Positions 47,301-59,451 of a stretch of 64,000 bases of DNA are shown piece by piece. Positions within the stretch are counted from its first letter, which is position 1. The number at the start of each line of letters is the position of its first letter. The position numbers and the translations under genes were made by a program. The notes under the pieces were generated by a model, which did not search any database, was not told the origin of the DNA, and saw only the letters and a program-made list of their open reading frames with translations. The stretch is from Cyanophora paradoxa CCMP329. Lineage: Eukaryota > Plantae > Glaucophyta. The stretch spans positions 13,253-77,252 of the forward strand of contig QPMI01000087.1 in assembly GCA_004431415.1 (NCBI GenBank), read 5' to 3'.

Positions 47301-48706
47301 CTCGACCCGAAAGACCTGAGTTTCCTGGAGACAGCGTGCGCGCATATGCAGCTTATGTTCTAATCTAGATCTCTGAATAGGTGGCGCTCACACATGTAAT
47401 CTTGCTCAGAGAGATTCTCTACCTAGCAGTCATTGGAGAAACGGATTATGAGGCTTTCGCAACTCGAGTCCCTTACATCGGTGAGAATTTGTTGTCGTGC
47501 GCATGCTGCGGACCAGCTTGCAATAGCAAACTTTAACAAACAAAACCTTTCACGTGTGCCTGGAGCAGGGAAGTACGCTTTGTCCGTCTTCCAGATCTTC
47601 ACCGTGGTGATCATGCTTAATGTACTTACGGGTCTTTTTAGGTACGATGGATGGAATCGGCATATAGCTGTAGCTGCGCGATGGCTATTAGCTAGCGCTG
47701 ACTGATCGCGATCGTACGACACAGCTTTTCGTTCACATCGGTGTTCGAAAAATCTCGTCTTACAAACGCTTTTGGAGTTTCCAAGGTTCGATTTCGCGTT
47801 GGAGCGATGCCTGAATAATAAGTACTTTATTTAATAATAAGTACTTTTGTCTGCAGCTCATTCTACGGTACCACCGGGAGATCTCGGATGAGGACCTGCA
47901 GGTTGCACCTCCGCTGAATCTCCTTTATTTCTGCTGCATCACTCGGTGCTTCTACTACCCCGTTGCGTTCTTTGTGGGGTGCGCCTGGGCGATCTTCTTC
48001 GTGCCTTTCGCCATCCTTGGAGGCATCTTTGCGTGCTTCGGCAACTGCATGGGGTCGTGCACCGCCGGCGAGTTGTACACGCGGAAGGCGTTCGTGCTTC
48101 CGAGTTATAGGGGCCACAAGAACGAGGCCTCGATGTGGACGAAGGCGATCGAGGATTGGCGCAAGGATCGGAAAACGGACTTCTCGCTGGGCACATTTAA
48201 GTACACGTACGACGACTCCGCCGAGGCCGACACATCCAAGAAGACACTCGCATGCTTCCAACCTGACGAGATTGTGGCTTCCAAGCTGCCATCCCGCATA
48301 ACTTCCGAGAATCTTCCGAAAAACGTCGAAAAACTTCAAAGAGATGTCGCGCGCGTACGTAGACACTCTTATTATTCGCAAGAACTGTACCACGCGTACG
48401 TGTATATATTAAATATAAAATCGACCACTGCATTCGCAGATTCAAGACAGATTGAAGTCGATGCAAATTGCATCTTTCGATCTGCAAGGAAAGGTAAGCG
48501 TTTGCTTGAAATCTGCTTGCAGGCTGCGCGCGCGTTCAAGCTTTTCATCGACCGCGGGCCCGGGGTGCACGTGCCCCTCGCAGATGGGGGTGCAGCTCGC
48601 GGCCATTGCTGCCGCCGTTGGCGTGAAGGAGGAGCCGGCATTGCACGCTGCGCGCGCGCGCGCTGAAGCGGGGCTCATGGCCGCTTTCGCGCGGCGCTTT
48701 AAGTAG
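44349..48706 (+). CDS. Ankyrin-repeat TRP (transient receptor potential) cation channel
   Basis: Ankyrin motifs LHKAAEDGNLDLVK, WTALHYAASGGHAPIIE|VLLGHGADVDKKNADGQTALHLAA. Pre-S1 AHPFVRRYINKLW. YFSDVFNLLDF (S3), LRFLEFASIQEDLGPILIVLGK|MF (S4-S5), VVIMLNVLTGLF (S6). TRP-box-like WSFQ followed by PPLNLL. Stop at 48706. Start and some TM exons are approximate. Confidence 0.88.
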
Positions 48707-49917
48707 CCATAGCGCTAGCTGCTGCCGGCCCCTTCTCGTGACCCGAAGCCCCTCGAGCTCCTTTTTCGTATTTTATAATGCGAACGCTCATTGCGTCACC
48801 CCCGTGGCTCAGCGGCTGACGTCAGATAGTTGACCTCACGCGAACTGTGCTCATGCGCATGGCGGGTATCCGGAGCTTGAGGGGCGGCCCGGCCCGGCGG
48901 GGGAGGAACAGATCTTTGGAGGCGGAGGGCGTGGCGGGCCGGGGACAAAATTTCTCGATCGGGCCATCGATATCGTGCAAATGGGAGGGGCCGGGGAGGA
49001 ACGTGTACGGAGGGGTGCGGGATCACGCGCGGGGATCGAGCTCGATTACCTAGTGGCCCGGCCGCGATTTTAGCGCCGGGGGTGCAAGGGGGGAACCGGG
49101 ATCCAATGTCCAATGTCCGGGATTTTAGCGCCGGGGGTGCAAGGGGGGGTGCAAAGAGTCCTAGTGGCACGCACATGCGCAGAGTCCTCCCCTCGGGGTC
49201 GCGCGCGAAGCGCTCGACCCCTCGGCTCGGTCACGCGTGCTCGGCTGCGGGCAGCGGCACAGCTAGGCAGCGGCGCAAGCGGTTTTGCGGTGCAAGCTCA
49301 AGCACGAGTGCCGGGCAGCGTGCTCGGCTGCACTCGGCTGCACATGCGGGCAGCGGCGCGTGCTCGGTAGGCGGTGCCACGGTGCTGCGGTGCAAGCTTG
49401 ATGCAGTGGAAAGTAGTCCAGGCGGCACGGGTACCGTGCGGCGTACGCGGCGCAGTGCGAGGAAGCGGAAATCTAGAGGAGACAGCTAGGGAGAAGTGGT
49501 TCCATGCGCATGCAGAACCGCGCAAGGAAGAGCCCGGAGTGAGAGAGAAGTTGGTTTTCCCCTCGAAAACCACTTTTCGCGAGTTCGAGAGAGCTCTCGC
49601 GAGCTCGACTTTGACGCTCGCGATCGAAAGTCGAAGGCTTAATTTAACGCGCGGCAGGCGTCAAGGGCCTCAAGGCGAGAGAAAACTGGTCTTCGCCCTC
49701 GAAAACCGCTTTTTGCATGGACGGCCGCAGCGACAAACACGTGGCGCAACCCAATTTCCACTCATGTTTTTCCCGTGTTGCATACTGGCCCTCGGAAACG
49801 GCCTCGTAGAAAAATTTTGGCTGAAGCGAGGGAACGGGAAGCAAGCTGGGAGAAGCCCTTCGGTCTTCGTCCCCCCTTGCAATTACGTCCATAATATTAA
49901 TAAGATCAAGTCGGGGA

Positions 49918-52900
49918 TCACGGGCGCGGCCGGCCGCGACTAATCGACATGTCGTAGAGCCACTGGACCTCGGCGGCGGCCGCCCCGCCTCTGCCTTCGC
50001 CGCCCTGCGTCGCGTCCCGCACCAGCAGCGCCACCTGCGGCACATGTACAGCTGAGGCGGGCCGCGGAGGAGGCTCGGGATCGATCGACATCGGCATCGG
50101 CGCCGCACCTCGCCGTCGAGGGCGTTGAGGACGGCCTCGAGGGCGCCGGAGAGCTCGGCGGCCGCGCCGGCCTCCAGCGCCTGCTTGCGCGCGATCGCGA
50201 GCAGCGGCCGGCGCAGCGCCGCCGCCGGGTGCATCAGCAGCGCCCGGCCCGTCAGCGACAGCTGCCTCAGGCACTCCAGCCTGCGAACGACGTCCGGAGT
50301 ACGCGTGTGAGGCCAGCTAAGAATGCGCATGGCTGGAAGAAGAGCAGTGCGGAGGGCGGACTCGAGCTTTGCGTCGGGGTCCGAGAGGAGGCACTTCTCG
50401 TGTAGCCAGTCGAGGGCGACGGCCTCGGGCCAGTCCAGCACCGTCGTCGGGTCCCGCCAGTCCGGCGTTGCCGCGCTCGCCGCCGCGGCGTCAGCATCGG
50501 AGTCGGCATCGGAGCCAGCGTCGGCGACGGCGACGACGCTGGCAGGGATGACCGGGGCGGCGATCGCGAGATCGATATCCAGACGCTGCGCGATGGCAGC
50601 TGCGAGCTCGAGGGCGGCCGCGAGAGGCTGCAGCTGGCCATGGGAGGCGGCGGCTGCAGGGGCGGCCGCGACCGCGAGAGGCTGGGCGGGGGCAGACGAA
50701 GGGGCGGCGCCGGCCGGGGACGGATCGGCGGCCTCGCAGGGCTCCACGGCCGACTCATGGGTTCCGCTGCCAGCACCGGCTCCGCTCGGCGGCCCTGCAT
50801 CCTCTGAAGGCGAGGGTTGGGCGACTGCATCGCCTGCGATGATCGAGAGGGAATGAGTAATGTTAATTAATTGAATGCGGGCATGCGCAAGGCCGGCTTT
50901 GCTCGCAAGACGAGGGGCGCGCCACCGCTGCCGGGGTCGTCGTCTGCATCGAGATCGATGACCTCGACGACCCCGACGGAGCTGCCCGGAGACTGCGGCT
51001 GGCTCCGCGCCCCGCCTCCCCCGTTGTCGTCGTGCAGGGCGGTGGGCGCCGCGGCCGCGCCCGCGCCCGGCTGGCTGCCGGCGGCCGGCGACGGTCGCGG
51101 GGGTTTTGCCGCTGCGAGGAAGGCGCGTCAGCAGCGCTGGCGGAGAAGGAATGCGGCACGCGTGCCCACCGGCGCCAGAAGTAGAGCCTTGTCCGACGAC
51201 ACGCGCAGATCCGACTCCAGGGGCGACGGCGGCTGCTGGGGACGCTGCGAGAGGGCGATGCGATCGCGAGAAATCAGATGCATTTGGATTAGCGGAGCGC
51301 CACGGGTTGGCGGGCGGCGCGAACCGCGGTCGAAGTCGGCGATCGCGACGGCCGCGTGCGCGGGCGTGCGAGAGCTCGTCGAACCCGAAGAAGAAGCCAG
51401 AGCTCGCCAGAGCTGGCCCGGACGCCCGATCCCTTCCTCTTCGCCGCCGCCGCCGGTGTCGTTGGCGCTGCCGCGCGGCCGCTTCGCCCCCGGCTCCCGC
51501 TCCGCCAGCCGCGCGGCCGACAGCGACGCCGATGCCGCCCGCGGCTGCGCGGCCGGCGGTGCGGGCGCGGACGGCAGCTCCGCGTCGACGACCTCTGGCT
51601 CCCGTTGGAAGGCTGAGGCCGGCGCGTCCGGCCCCGTGCTTTGAGTGGCTCGAGCTCGGGGCGAGCCTGCCAGGAAGGGAGGTTAGCAGGAGGACACAAA
51701 CGAGGGCGGGGGGCAAGGGGGTGAAAGGGAGGGCGAGGGGGGCGGAGCTAGCAAGCAGCGCTCACCGGCCGCGGGGTGCCGAGTAGGCGTGGGCCCGGGA
51801 CCAGCGCTGCCTGCGAGGCCGGTGCCGGTGGAGGCGTGCTCCTGACCCCCTTGCGACGCGCGCGCTGAGCCTATGGTCGAGCATTAGCAACGAGAAGGGC
51901 AGGGCGCGACTGAACTCAAGCGGCTGCAGGCGGCGCGCACCGGCGGCGGCGGAAGAGCTGCCACGCAATCGGTCGCTGGCGGGTTCTGGCGGCGCTTGCG
52001 GGATTTCCGAGACGGCCCCAGCCCTCGCCGGCGGCCGATTCCCACCGGCCGCCGACGTGCCGCGTGCATGCCCACCGCTCGCACTGCCTTCGAATTCGCC
52101 ATCGACATCGCGGTCGAGCGCATCCTCTGCCGACGCTTGGCCGTGCTTGCGCTTTCGGGCAGCGTCCGCAGGCGTATACGACGGCAAAGGAACCGTCTCC
52201 TGCACCGCGAAAATGGGGACGGAGAAGAGAGCTCGGGACGAGGGAGGCGAATCGCGCACGGAATAGACGCCCGTTGCATTCACGACGAAAGTGACAGTGC
52301 GCGCCACAGCGCAGGCCATGTCCTGGGACCGCCTGTGGCCACGCCCTCCCGATCAGGCAGCTGCAGTCTGACGGCGGAGAGGGGGGGGGGGGGGGGGGGG
52401 GGGGGGGAGGAAGGGGGGAAGGGGGGGGGGGGGCGGAGCGACGCCTCGCGCACATCGGATCGTTTACCCCGACGGGCGCTCGGCCCTCCTCGGGTCCGCA
52501 GAAAAGCGCCGTGAAAAACGGCTCCCCAATGTACCCTAGAAAAAGAGCGTGGATTCGAACTGGAATCAGGGCATGCTGGACTTCGATGTCGTACCCATCG
52601 GCGGAAATGCGAGAGCGGAGGCCTGTCCACGGGTGCGGCCGAAGTGATCGTAAGATGGGATCACGGGCCCATTAGGGCCGAACCTGATGATTACGACCAC
52701 TTAGAGAGCGTGAACGGGGGCTGGCCGGCCAGGAAGCGGGGCGAGGCGGGCCGCACCACGCGATGAGACAGCGGTCGTGGAAGCGCAGGGCCGCATCGAC
52801 AGAGCAGAGGAGGGGCGAGATGACCTGCCGGCGGCCGCCCCGGTCGTCAGCCGCTCGCTCGGATCGGGAACGGCCACAGCCGCGCGGCACGGCCAGCGGC

Positions 52901-55900
52901 GCGCCTTTCGGCCGTCCAGCATAAAGGCAGCCACGTAGGGGCTCGTAAGGGGGTTGAGGCAGTAGACGCTCTGGAGCAACGCCTGCGGAGGGCGGGCGTC
53001 AGGGCGCGCAGGCGGCGGGGATCCGGGGCTCGGAATGGGCGCTGGTGAAGCCGCGGCGGCGATGGCGGTGGCGACGCGCCTCACGGGCCGTCGCGAGCCT
53101 CCAAGCAAGCTCGACGACCCGCGGGTCGACCTGGATTGGGTATGGCGTCAGGGCGGGCCAGAGGTCGTGCAGCAGAGGGAGGTGGGGCCTGGCGCGGCGC
53201 CGGCGGCCGCCCGGCACGCACCAGGTGGGCGACCAGTTCGCCCCAGTGGCGCGCGAGGAACTCTGCGAAGCCATGAGGGGGCGAGCTCGAGGGGCGCACG
53301 GCGGCACACGAGGCCAGCTGCGCACGCTGGAGCCCAAGCTTTCCATGGCCACTGGCATTGGCGTTGGAGAGGAAGGTGAGGGGATCTGCACGCAGGGAGA
53401 GGGGGGTAGTTAACATGCAGCTAGAGCGTTGTCAAGAGAGTGGAAGGGCAGCGGAAGAGCGCGGCCGACCAAATGCATCGATGTCGCTGTCACTAGCTCC
53501 AGCTGCCGTACCGGCGGCAACGCCGTGCTTGTGGGCTGCCGTGTTCGGCTGCCGAAGCGAATGGGGCGGCGGGGAGGGGGCCGCCTCATAGGCATCGTAG
53601 CCTGGCGGCGGCCAAAGCGAATGGGGTGGCGGGTTGGGGGGCGCGCGGTGGGCTGGCCATGGCGTCGGCTGTGGGGCTGGCGGGCATGGGGCCGACGCCG
53701 CCTGAGGGGCCGGCGCCGGACTGCCGCCCGAAGGCGCGGAAGATGCCGTCGGCTTCTGGCTCTTCCCGACAGGCGCAGATTCTGCAAACAAAAACGAGCC
53801 GGGTCGCAAAAGAAACGTGGCGGGCCGCAAAAATGCAAGAGGGAAAAGGTCGATGCGGACCGGTGGCTGGAGCCTTTCGCTTCTCTGCCGCCCTCTGTAC
53901 GCCCGCCGCTGCGGCTGTGACCGGGCCCCGGATCGTCTTGCTCAGCAGCAGCGCTTGCAGCCCGGGGCACGCCTGCTCATGTAGTCCGGATCCCTTACTA
54001 GTTAGATAGAGAGGAAGCAGCATGCGATTGGGGCGATGCAGAAATTAGAGAGCACCTTCAGGACCCCTGTCTGGCTTACAAGATAGCTGACTGTCCGCGC
54101 CACAGCCTCCGCCGTATCCGTTTGCTTCCTGCAAGTTAAGAGGCTCAGCGGCTCGTTTCTCGTTTCCAGCCCAACTGATCATGATCGAAATAAGCTCATC
54201 ACCTTGCGAGTGATTCACCGTGTCCGATGCGGGAGCCGGGAAGGGCGAGCTTCATCCCAATGCCGGGAAGCGTGCTGATGAAGCGCATGTAGTCTGCGGT
54301 ACAGGTTGTGGAAATCGTGATCACGAACGCCCACGCTCAGGGATCCGGACAGCGCGCATGTGCAGGGACAGACCTGCCAGTGGGAAGGCCAGCGTGTCGT
54401 CACGGGCGGCTACAGCTGCAACAGCGGACACCGATGGAGGCGGGACCGGCCATTTCCTGGGCCGAAACGCATCCGGCCCCAGCCTGGCGGCGAAACACAC
54501 ATCAAGGACGCCAGCGAAAAGCGCGCGGGAAGGCTGCACCACGCGATGCAGCAGCGGTCCCGGAAGCGCAGGGCCTCCTCAACAGAGGGAAGCGGGGGAG
54601 AGATCACCTGCCCGCGGCCATCAGCGGGACGTTTAGCAGCAGCCGGGGCTGGCCAGCCCGCATCGCTAGGGCGGGGCACCTTGACTCCCTCCAGCAGAAA
54701 AGCGGCAACGTAGAAATTTTCTGAGGTCTCACGGCCCGGCAGGATTCGATAGACGAACCATATCGTGCGCTGGATGAAAATAAGGGATTAAAAAGGTTCG
54801 GGGGGCGGGGCGGGGAGAGAACGCGCGCCTCCCGTGACAAGATTAACGACCACGTTTTATCGATTAGCTGAGAGTCAAGCTGATGGGACAAAGGGAGCGT
54901 GAGTTGTACATAGCGGAGGCTTTGAGGGAAGAAAGTCGACCCGCACCGGTAGTGTCACCAGCTGCCGCCAGTGAGTTGCGAGGAACCCTACGCACGCGCG
55001 ATCGTGAGACGCTTGCAAGAGAAGCGACGAACAGCATACACGCACAAAGAAGCGCGTATTTACACGGCAAGTACATGCCAGGGGAAACCAGTTCCAGCCC
55101 CTCGCCATCTGCCGCCATGGCCATGAAAGAAGGCACCGCCTGAGAAGAGCCCGGAGGAGCCACAGGAGGGGCTGCGGCGGGGGCCGCCGCAGGTGCCACC
55201 GGAGGGGCCGCGGGAGGAGCCGCCTCGAAAGCCGCCTCAGGAGCTGCCAAAGGGGCTGACGGAGGGGCCGCCGGAGGGACCGCCGGAGAGGCCACCGCAG
55301 GGGCCGCAGAAAGGACCCGGGGAGGTGTCGCCAAAGGGGCCGACTCAGAGACCGGCTCAGAGGCCACCGGGGGTACCGCCTCCGCTGCAGGCGCCGCGGG
55401 AGGAGCGGAGAGAGGGTCCGCCGGGGGTAACGCCTCAGGGGTCAACGCAGGGGCCGCCGGAGGGGCCGCCGGAGGGGCCGCCGGAGAGGCCGCCGGAGGG
55501 GCCGCAATGGGTACTGCCTCAGTGGTAGCGTCAGGGGCCGCCGGGGGGACCGCCGAAGGGGCCGCCGGGGGTACCGCCTCAGGGGTAGCCTCAGGGGCCG
55601 CCAGGGGTACAGCCGAAGGGGCCGCCGGGGGTAACGCCTCAGTGGTAGCCTCAGGGGCCGCCGGAGGGGCTGCCGGGGGTACCGCCTCAGGGGTCAACGC
55701 AGGGGCCGCCGGAGAGGCTGCCGGAGGGGCCACCGGGGGTACTGCCTCAGCGGCCGCCGCAGGGGCCGCCGGAGGGTCCGCGGGAGGGGCCGACGGGGGT
55801 ACCGCCTCAGGGGTCAACGCAGGAGCCGCCGGAGGGTCCGCGGGAGGGGGCGCCGGGGGTACCGCCTCAGTGGTAGCCTCAGGGGCAGCCGGGGGTACAG

Positions 55901-58900
55901 CCGAAGGGGCCGCCGGGGGTACCGCCTCAGGGGTAGCCTCAGGGGCCGGCGAGGGTACCGCCGGGGGTACCGCCTCAGGGGTAGCCTCAGGGGCCGCCAG
56001 GGGTACAGCCGAAGGGGCCGCCAGGGGTATCACCTCAGCGGCCGCCAGAGGGGCTGCGGGAGGGGCCGACGGGGGTAACGCCTCAGCGGCCGCCGCAGGG
56101 GCCGCCGGAGGGTCCGAGGGAGGGGCCGCCAGGGGTAACGCCTCAGCGGCCGCCGCAGGGGCCGCCGGACGGTCCGAGGGAGGGGCCGTCGGGGATACCG
56201 CCTCAGCGGCCGCTGCAGGGGCCGCCGGAGGGTCCGCGGGAGGGGCCGTCGGGGATACCGCCTCAGCGGCCGCCGCAGGGGCCGCCGGAGGGTCCGCGGG
56301 AGGAGCCGCTGGGGGTACTGCCTCAGGGGTCAACGCAGGGGCCGCCGGAGGGTCCGCAGGAGGGGCCGTCGGGGATACCGCCTCAGCGGCCGCCGCAGGG
56401 GCCGCCGGAGGGTCCGCGGGAGGAGCCGCTGGGGGTACCCCCTCAGCGGCCGCTGCAGGGGCCGCGGGACGGGCCGCCGGAGGGGTCGACGGGGGAACCG
56501 CATCAGGGGTAACCTCAAGGGTCGCCTCGGGGGCCGCGGAAAGGACCGCCGGAGGGGCCGCCGGGGGTACCGCCTCGGAGACTGCAGCAGGGGCCGAGGA
56601 AAGGACCCCCGGAGGGGCCGCTGGGGTAACCGCCTCAGGGTTCGCAGGGGCCGCAGCAGGGGCCGCCGGAGGGGCCGCCGGGGGTACCGCCTCAGGGGTC
56701 GACGCAAGGGCTGCAGGAGGGGCTGCGGGAGGGGCCGCTGGAAAGACTGCGGGATGGGACGCGGGAGGGGCCGCCGCAGGGGCCGCGGGAGGGGCCACTG
56801 GACGCGCTAAGACCGGCCGATTGGCTGACAGGATGAGGGTTACCGGATGTGCTGGCGCCAGGGCGTCGGCCCTCGGACGGGCTGAAGACCGCCGTCGAGC
56901 AGGCGGAACAGGGGCCTGGCAGGCTGGCCATGACCGCAGGGCAGGCGGAGCAGCAACCGCCTGCGCAGCAGGCGCCAGCGGAGCGGCGACCGCCTGAAGG
57001 GCAGGGGCGGTCGGAGCGGCGACGGCCCAAGGGGCAGGCGCCAGCCGCGAGGCAGGAAGGGCAGGGGCCGCCTGACTGCTTGTCGCTGGTCGCTGGGTAG
57101 GTGGAGCAGGGGCCGCCGCACGGGATGGCAACAGCCGCGAGGCTGGCGTGCCAGGGGCTGGCTGACGAGGTTGCGCAGGAAGCTGGGCTGGCATCGGCTG
57201 TGGGGCTGGCGGGGCGGGGGCCGCCTGATAGGCGTCGTAGCCTGGCGGCGGCCGAAGCGAAGGGGGTGGCGGGGCGGGAGCTGCCTGATAGGCGTCGTAG
57301 CCGGGCAGCTGTCGAAGCGAATGGGGCGGCGGGGCGGGGGCCGTCTGATAGGCGTCGTAGCCTGGCGGCTGCCGAAGCGAATGGGGCGGCGGGGCGGGGA
57401 CCGCCTGATAGGGATCGTGGCCTGGCGGCTGCCGAAGCGAATGGGGCGGCGGGGCGGGGACCGCCTGATAGGCGTCGTAGCCGGGCAGCTGCCGAAGCGA
57501 ATGGGGCGGTGGGGCGGGGGGCGCCTGATAGGCATCGTAGCCTGGCGGCTGCCGAAGCGAATGGGGTGGCGGGGCGGGGGCCGCCTGATAGGGATCGTAG
57601 CCTGGCGGCTGCCGAAGCGAATGGGGTGGCGGGGCGGGGACCGCCTGATAGGGATCGTGGCCTGGCGGCTGCCGAAGCGAATGGGGCGGTGGGGCGGGAG
57701 CTGCCTGATAGGCGTCGTAGCCTGGCGGCGGCCGAAGCGAATGGGGCGGCTGGGCGGGGGCCGCCTGATAAACATCGTAGCCTGGCGGCGGCCGAAGCGA
57801 ATGGGGCGGCGGGGCGGTGGCCGCCTGATAGGCGTCGTAGCCTGGCAGCTGCCGAAGCGAATGGGGCGGCGGGGCGGGGGCCGCCTGATAGGCATCGTAG
57901 CCGGGCAGCTGCCGAAGCGAATGGGGCGGTGGGGCGGGGGCCGCCTGATAGGCATCGTAGCCGGGCAGCTGCCGAAGCGAATGGGGCGGTGGGGCGGGGG
58001 CCGCCTGATAGGCATCGTAGCCTGGCGGCTGCCGAAGCGAATGGGGCGGCGGGGCGTGGGTCGCGCGGTGGGCTGGCCATGGCGGCAGCTGCGGGGGCGG
58101 CAGGGCGGGGGCCGCGGTGGCCGCCGACTGAGAGCCCGGCGCCGGCCTGCCGCCCGAAGGCGCCGAAGATACTGCCGGCTTCGGGCTCTTCCCGACAGGC
58201 GCAGATTCTGCAAACAAAAACGAGCCGGGTCGCAAAAGAAACGTGGCGGGCCGCAAAAATGCAAGAGGGAAAAGGTCGATGCGGACCGGTGGCTGGAGCC
58301 TTTCGCTTCTCTGCCGCCCTCTGTACGCCCGCCGCTGCGGCTGTGACCGGGCCCCGGATCGTCTTGCTCAGCAGCAGCGCTTGCAGCCCGGGGCACGCCT
58401 GCTCATGTCATCCATCAGAATAGAAAGCAGAACGAGGCAGACGGCCGAGACAGAAAGAGAACCTTCGAGGCCCCTGTCTCATCTGCAATGAAAGCAACCA
58501 TCCGCGCCACGGCCCCCACTGTGTCCATTCGCTTCCTGCGCACACGAGAGGCTCGTTTCTCGTTTCCAGCGCTCAGAGCCGGCTCGACTCACTGCGGGTC
58601 GTTGTGTCCGAGGCGGAGGTGCTGCGCCCCATAGCCGCGCAGAAAAAGCAGGCTGTAGAAACGCTCGATTCGGTAGGCTGCGGAGGGAAGAATCACGAGT
58701 GCCCACGTTCGGGCGTCGCGAGGATTCGAACCCGCGAGCGGAAAGGCGAGTGGGTCGTCGCCAGTGACAGTGGGTGCAGGCAGAGAAGGCACATTTCGGC
58801 CTAGCGCAGACAAGGCGCCAGCCGACGGCTTGCTGGCCTCAAACGCCTCCGGCCCAAGCCTGGTGGCGGGAACACTCGTCACGGTCAAGGATCGAACGCC

Positions 58901-59451
58901 AGCGGATTGCGCACAGGGCGGGCCGGGGCGGGTTCGCACCACGCTATCCGACAGCGGTCTCGAAAGCGCAGCGCCTCTTCGATGGAGGGAAGCGGGGGGG
59001 AGATCACCTGCCGGCGGCCGTCCGCGGGCCGTTTAGCAGCAGCCCGGGCTGGCGGGCACGCATCGCTAGGGCGGGGCACCTTGACTCCCTCCAGCAGAAA
59101 CGCGGCGACATAGAATTCTTCTGAGGCCTCGCGGCCCGCCAGAACTCGAAAGACGAAGGCTGTAGCGCGCTGCAAAAATGGGGCGCTCAATCAGAGGCAA
59201 TCGAGGAGGGGGAGGGGGGGGGGGGGGGGAAGGGGAGGGGGAGGGGAGGGGGGGAAGCTCGAGGGAGAGAGCGTGCCTGCTGTGACATGATCGACGCCCA
59301 GACTTTACACGCGAGCTGGTGGTCAAGCTAACGGAGCAAAGGGAATGTGAGGCGGAATTATAATCATGCGATTAACGAGAATATCTCGAAAGAAAGAAAG
59401 CGGCCGGACCGGGGGTGTCACCAGCTGCCGCCAGTGAGTCGCGAGAAAACC
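49918..59451 (-). CDS. Large multi-exon protein: three homologous modules with an AP2-like motif, Pro/Ala and PPxY repeat linkers, C-terminal SAM-like domain (5' end unresolved)
   Basis: Modules at ~58455-59451, ~54055-54990 and ~52255-53260 share exon order and intron positions (FLAxHW..LV | ..W | YVAAF.L.G.K | VISP.L.S.EEALRF.DRC.IAW | ..LAFP | ..AVAR.V). SAM-like PTTVLDWPEAVALDWL...LSLTGRALL at ~50200-50470. Stop at 49918. Confidence 0.6.
55150..56800 (-). repeat. Degenerate coding minisatellite (PPAAPP..PAAP...EAV repeats)
   Basis: Recurrent ggggccgccggagg / gggggtaccgcctcag units within ORF 54864-58256. Confidence 0.85.
57200..58052 (-). repeat. 60-bp coding tandem repeat, ~14 copies, encoding PPPHSLRQ(P/L)PGYDAYQAAPA
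   Basis: Exact 60-nt period visible from line 57241 to 58021. Confidence 0.95.

Noticed and set aside
55507-58423. Plus-strand Gly/Ala-rich ORFs (496, 440 and 391 aa)
   Set aside because: These are antisense shadows of the minus-strand repeat exon; splice signals and flanking exons support the minus strand.
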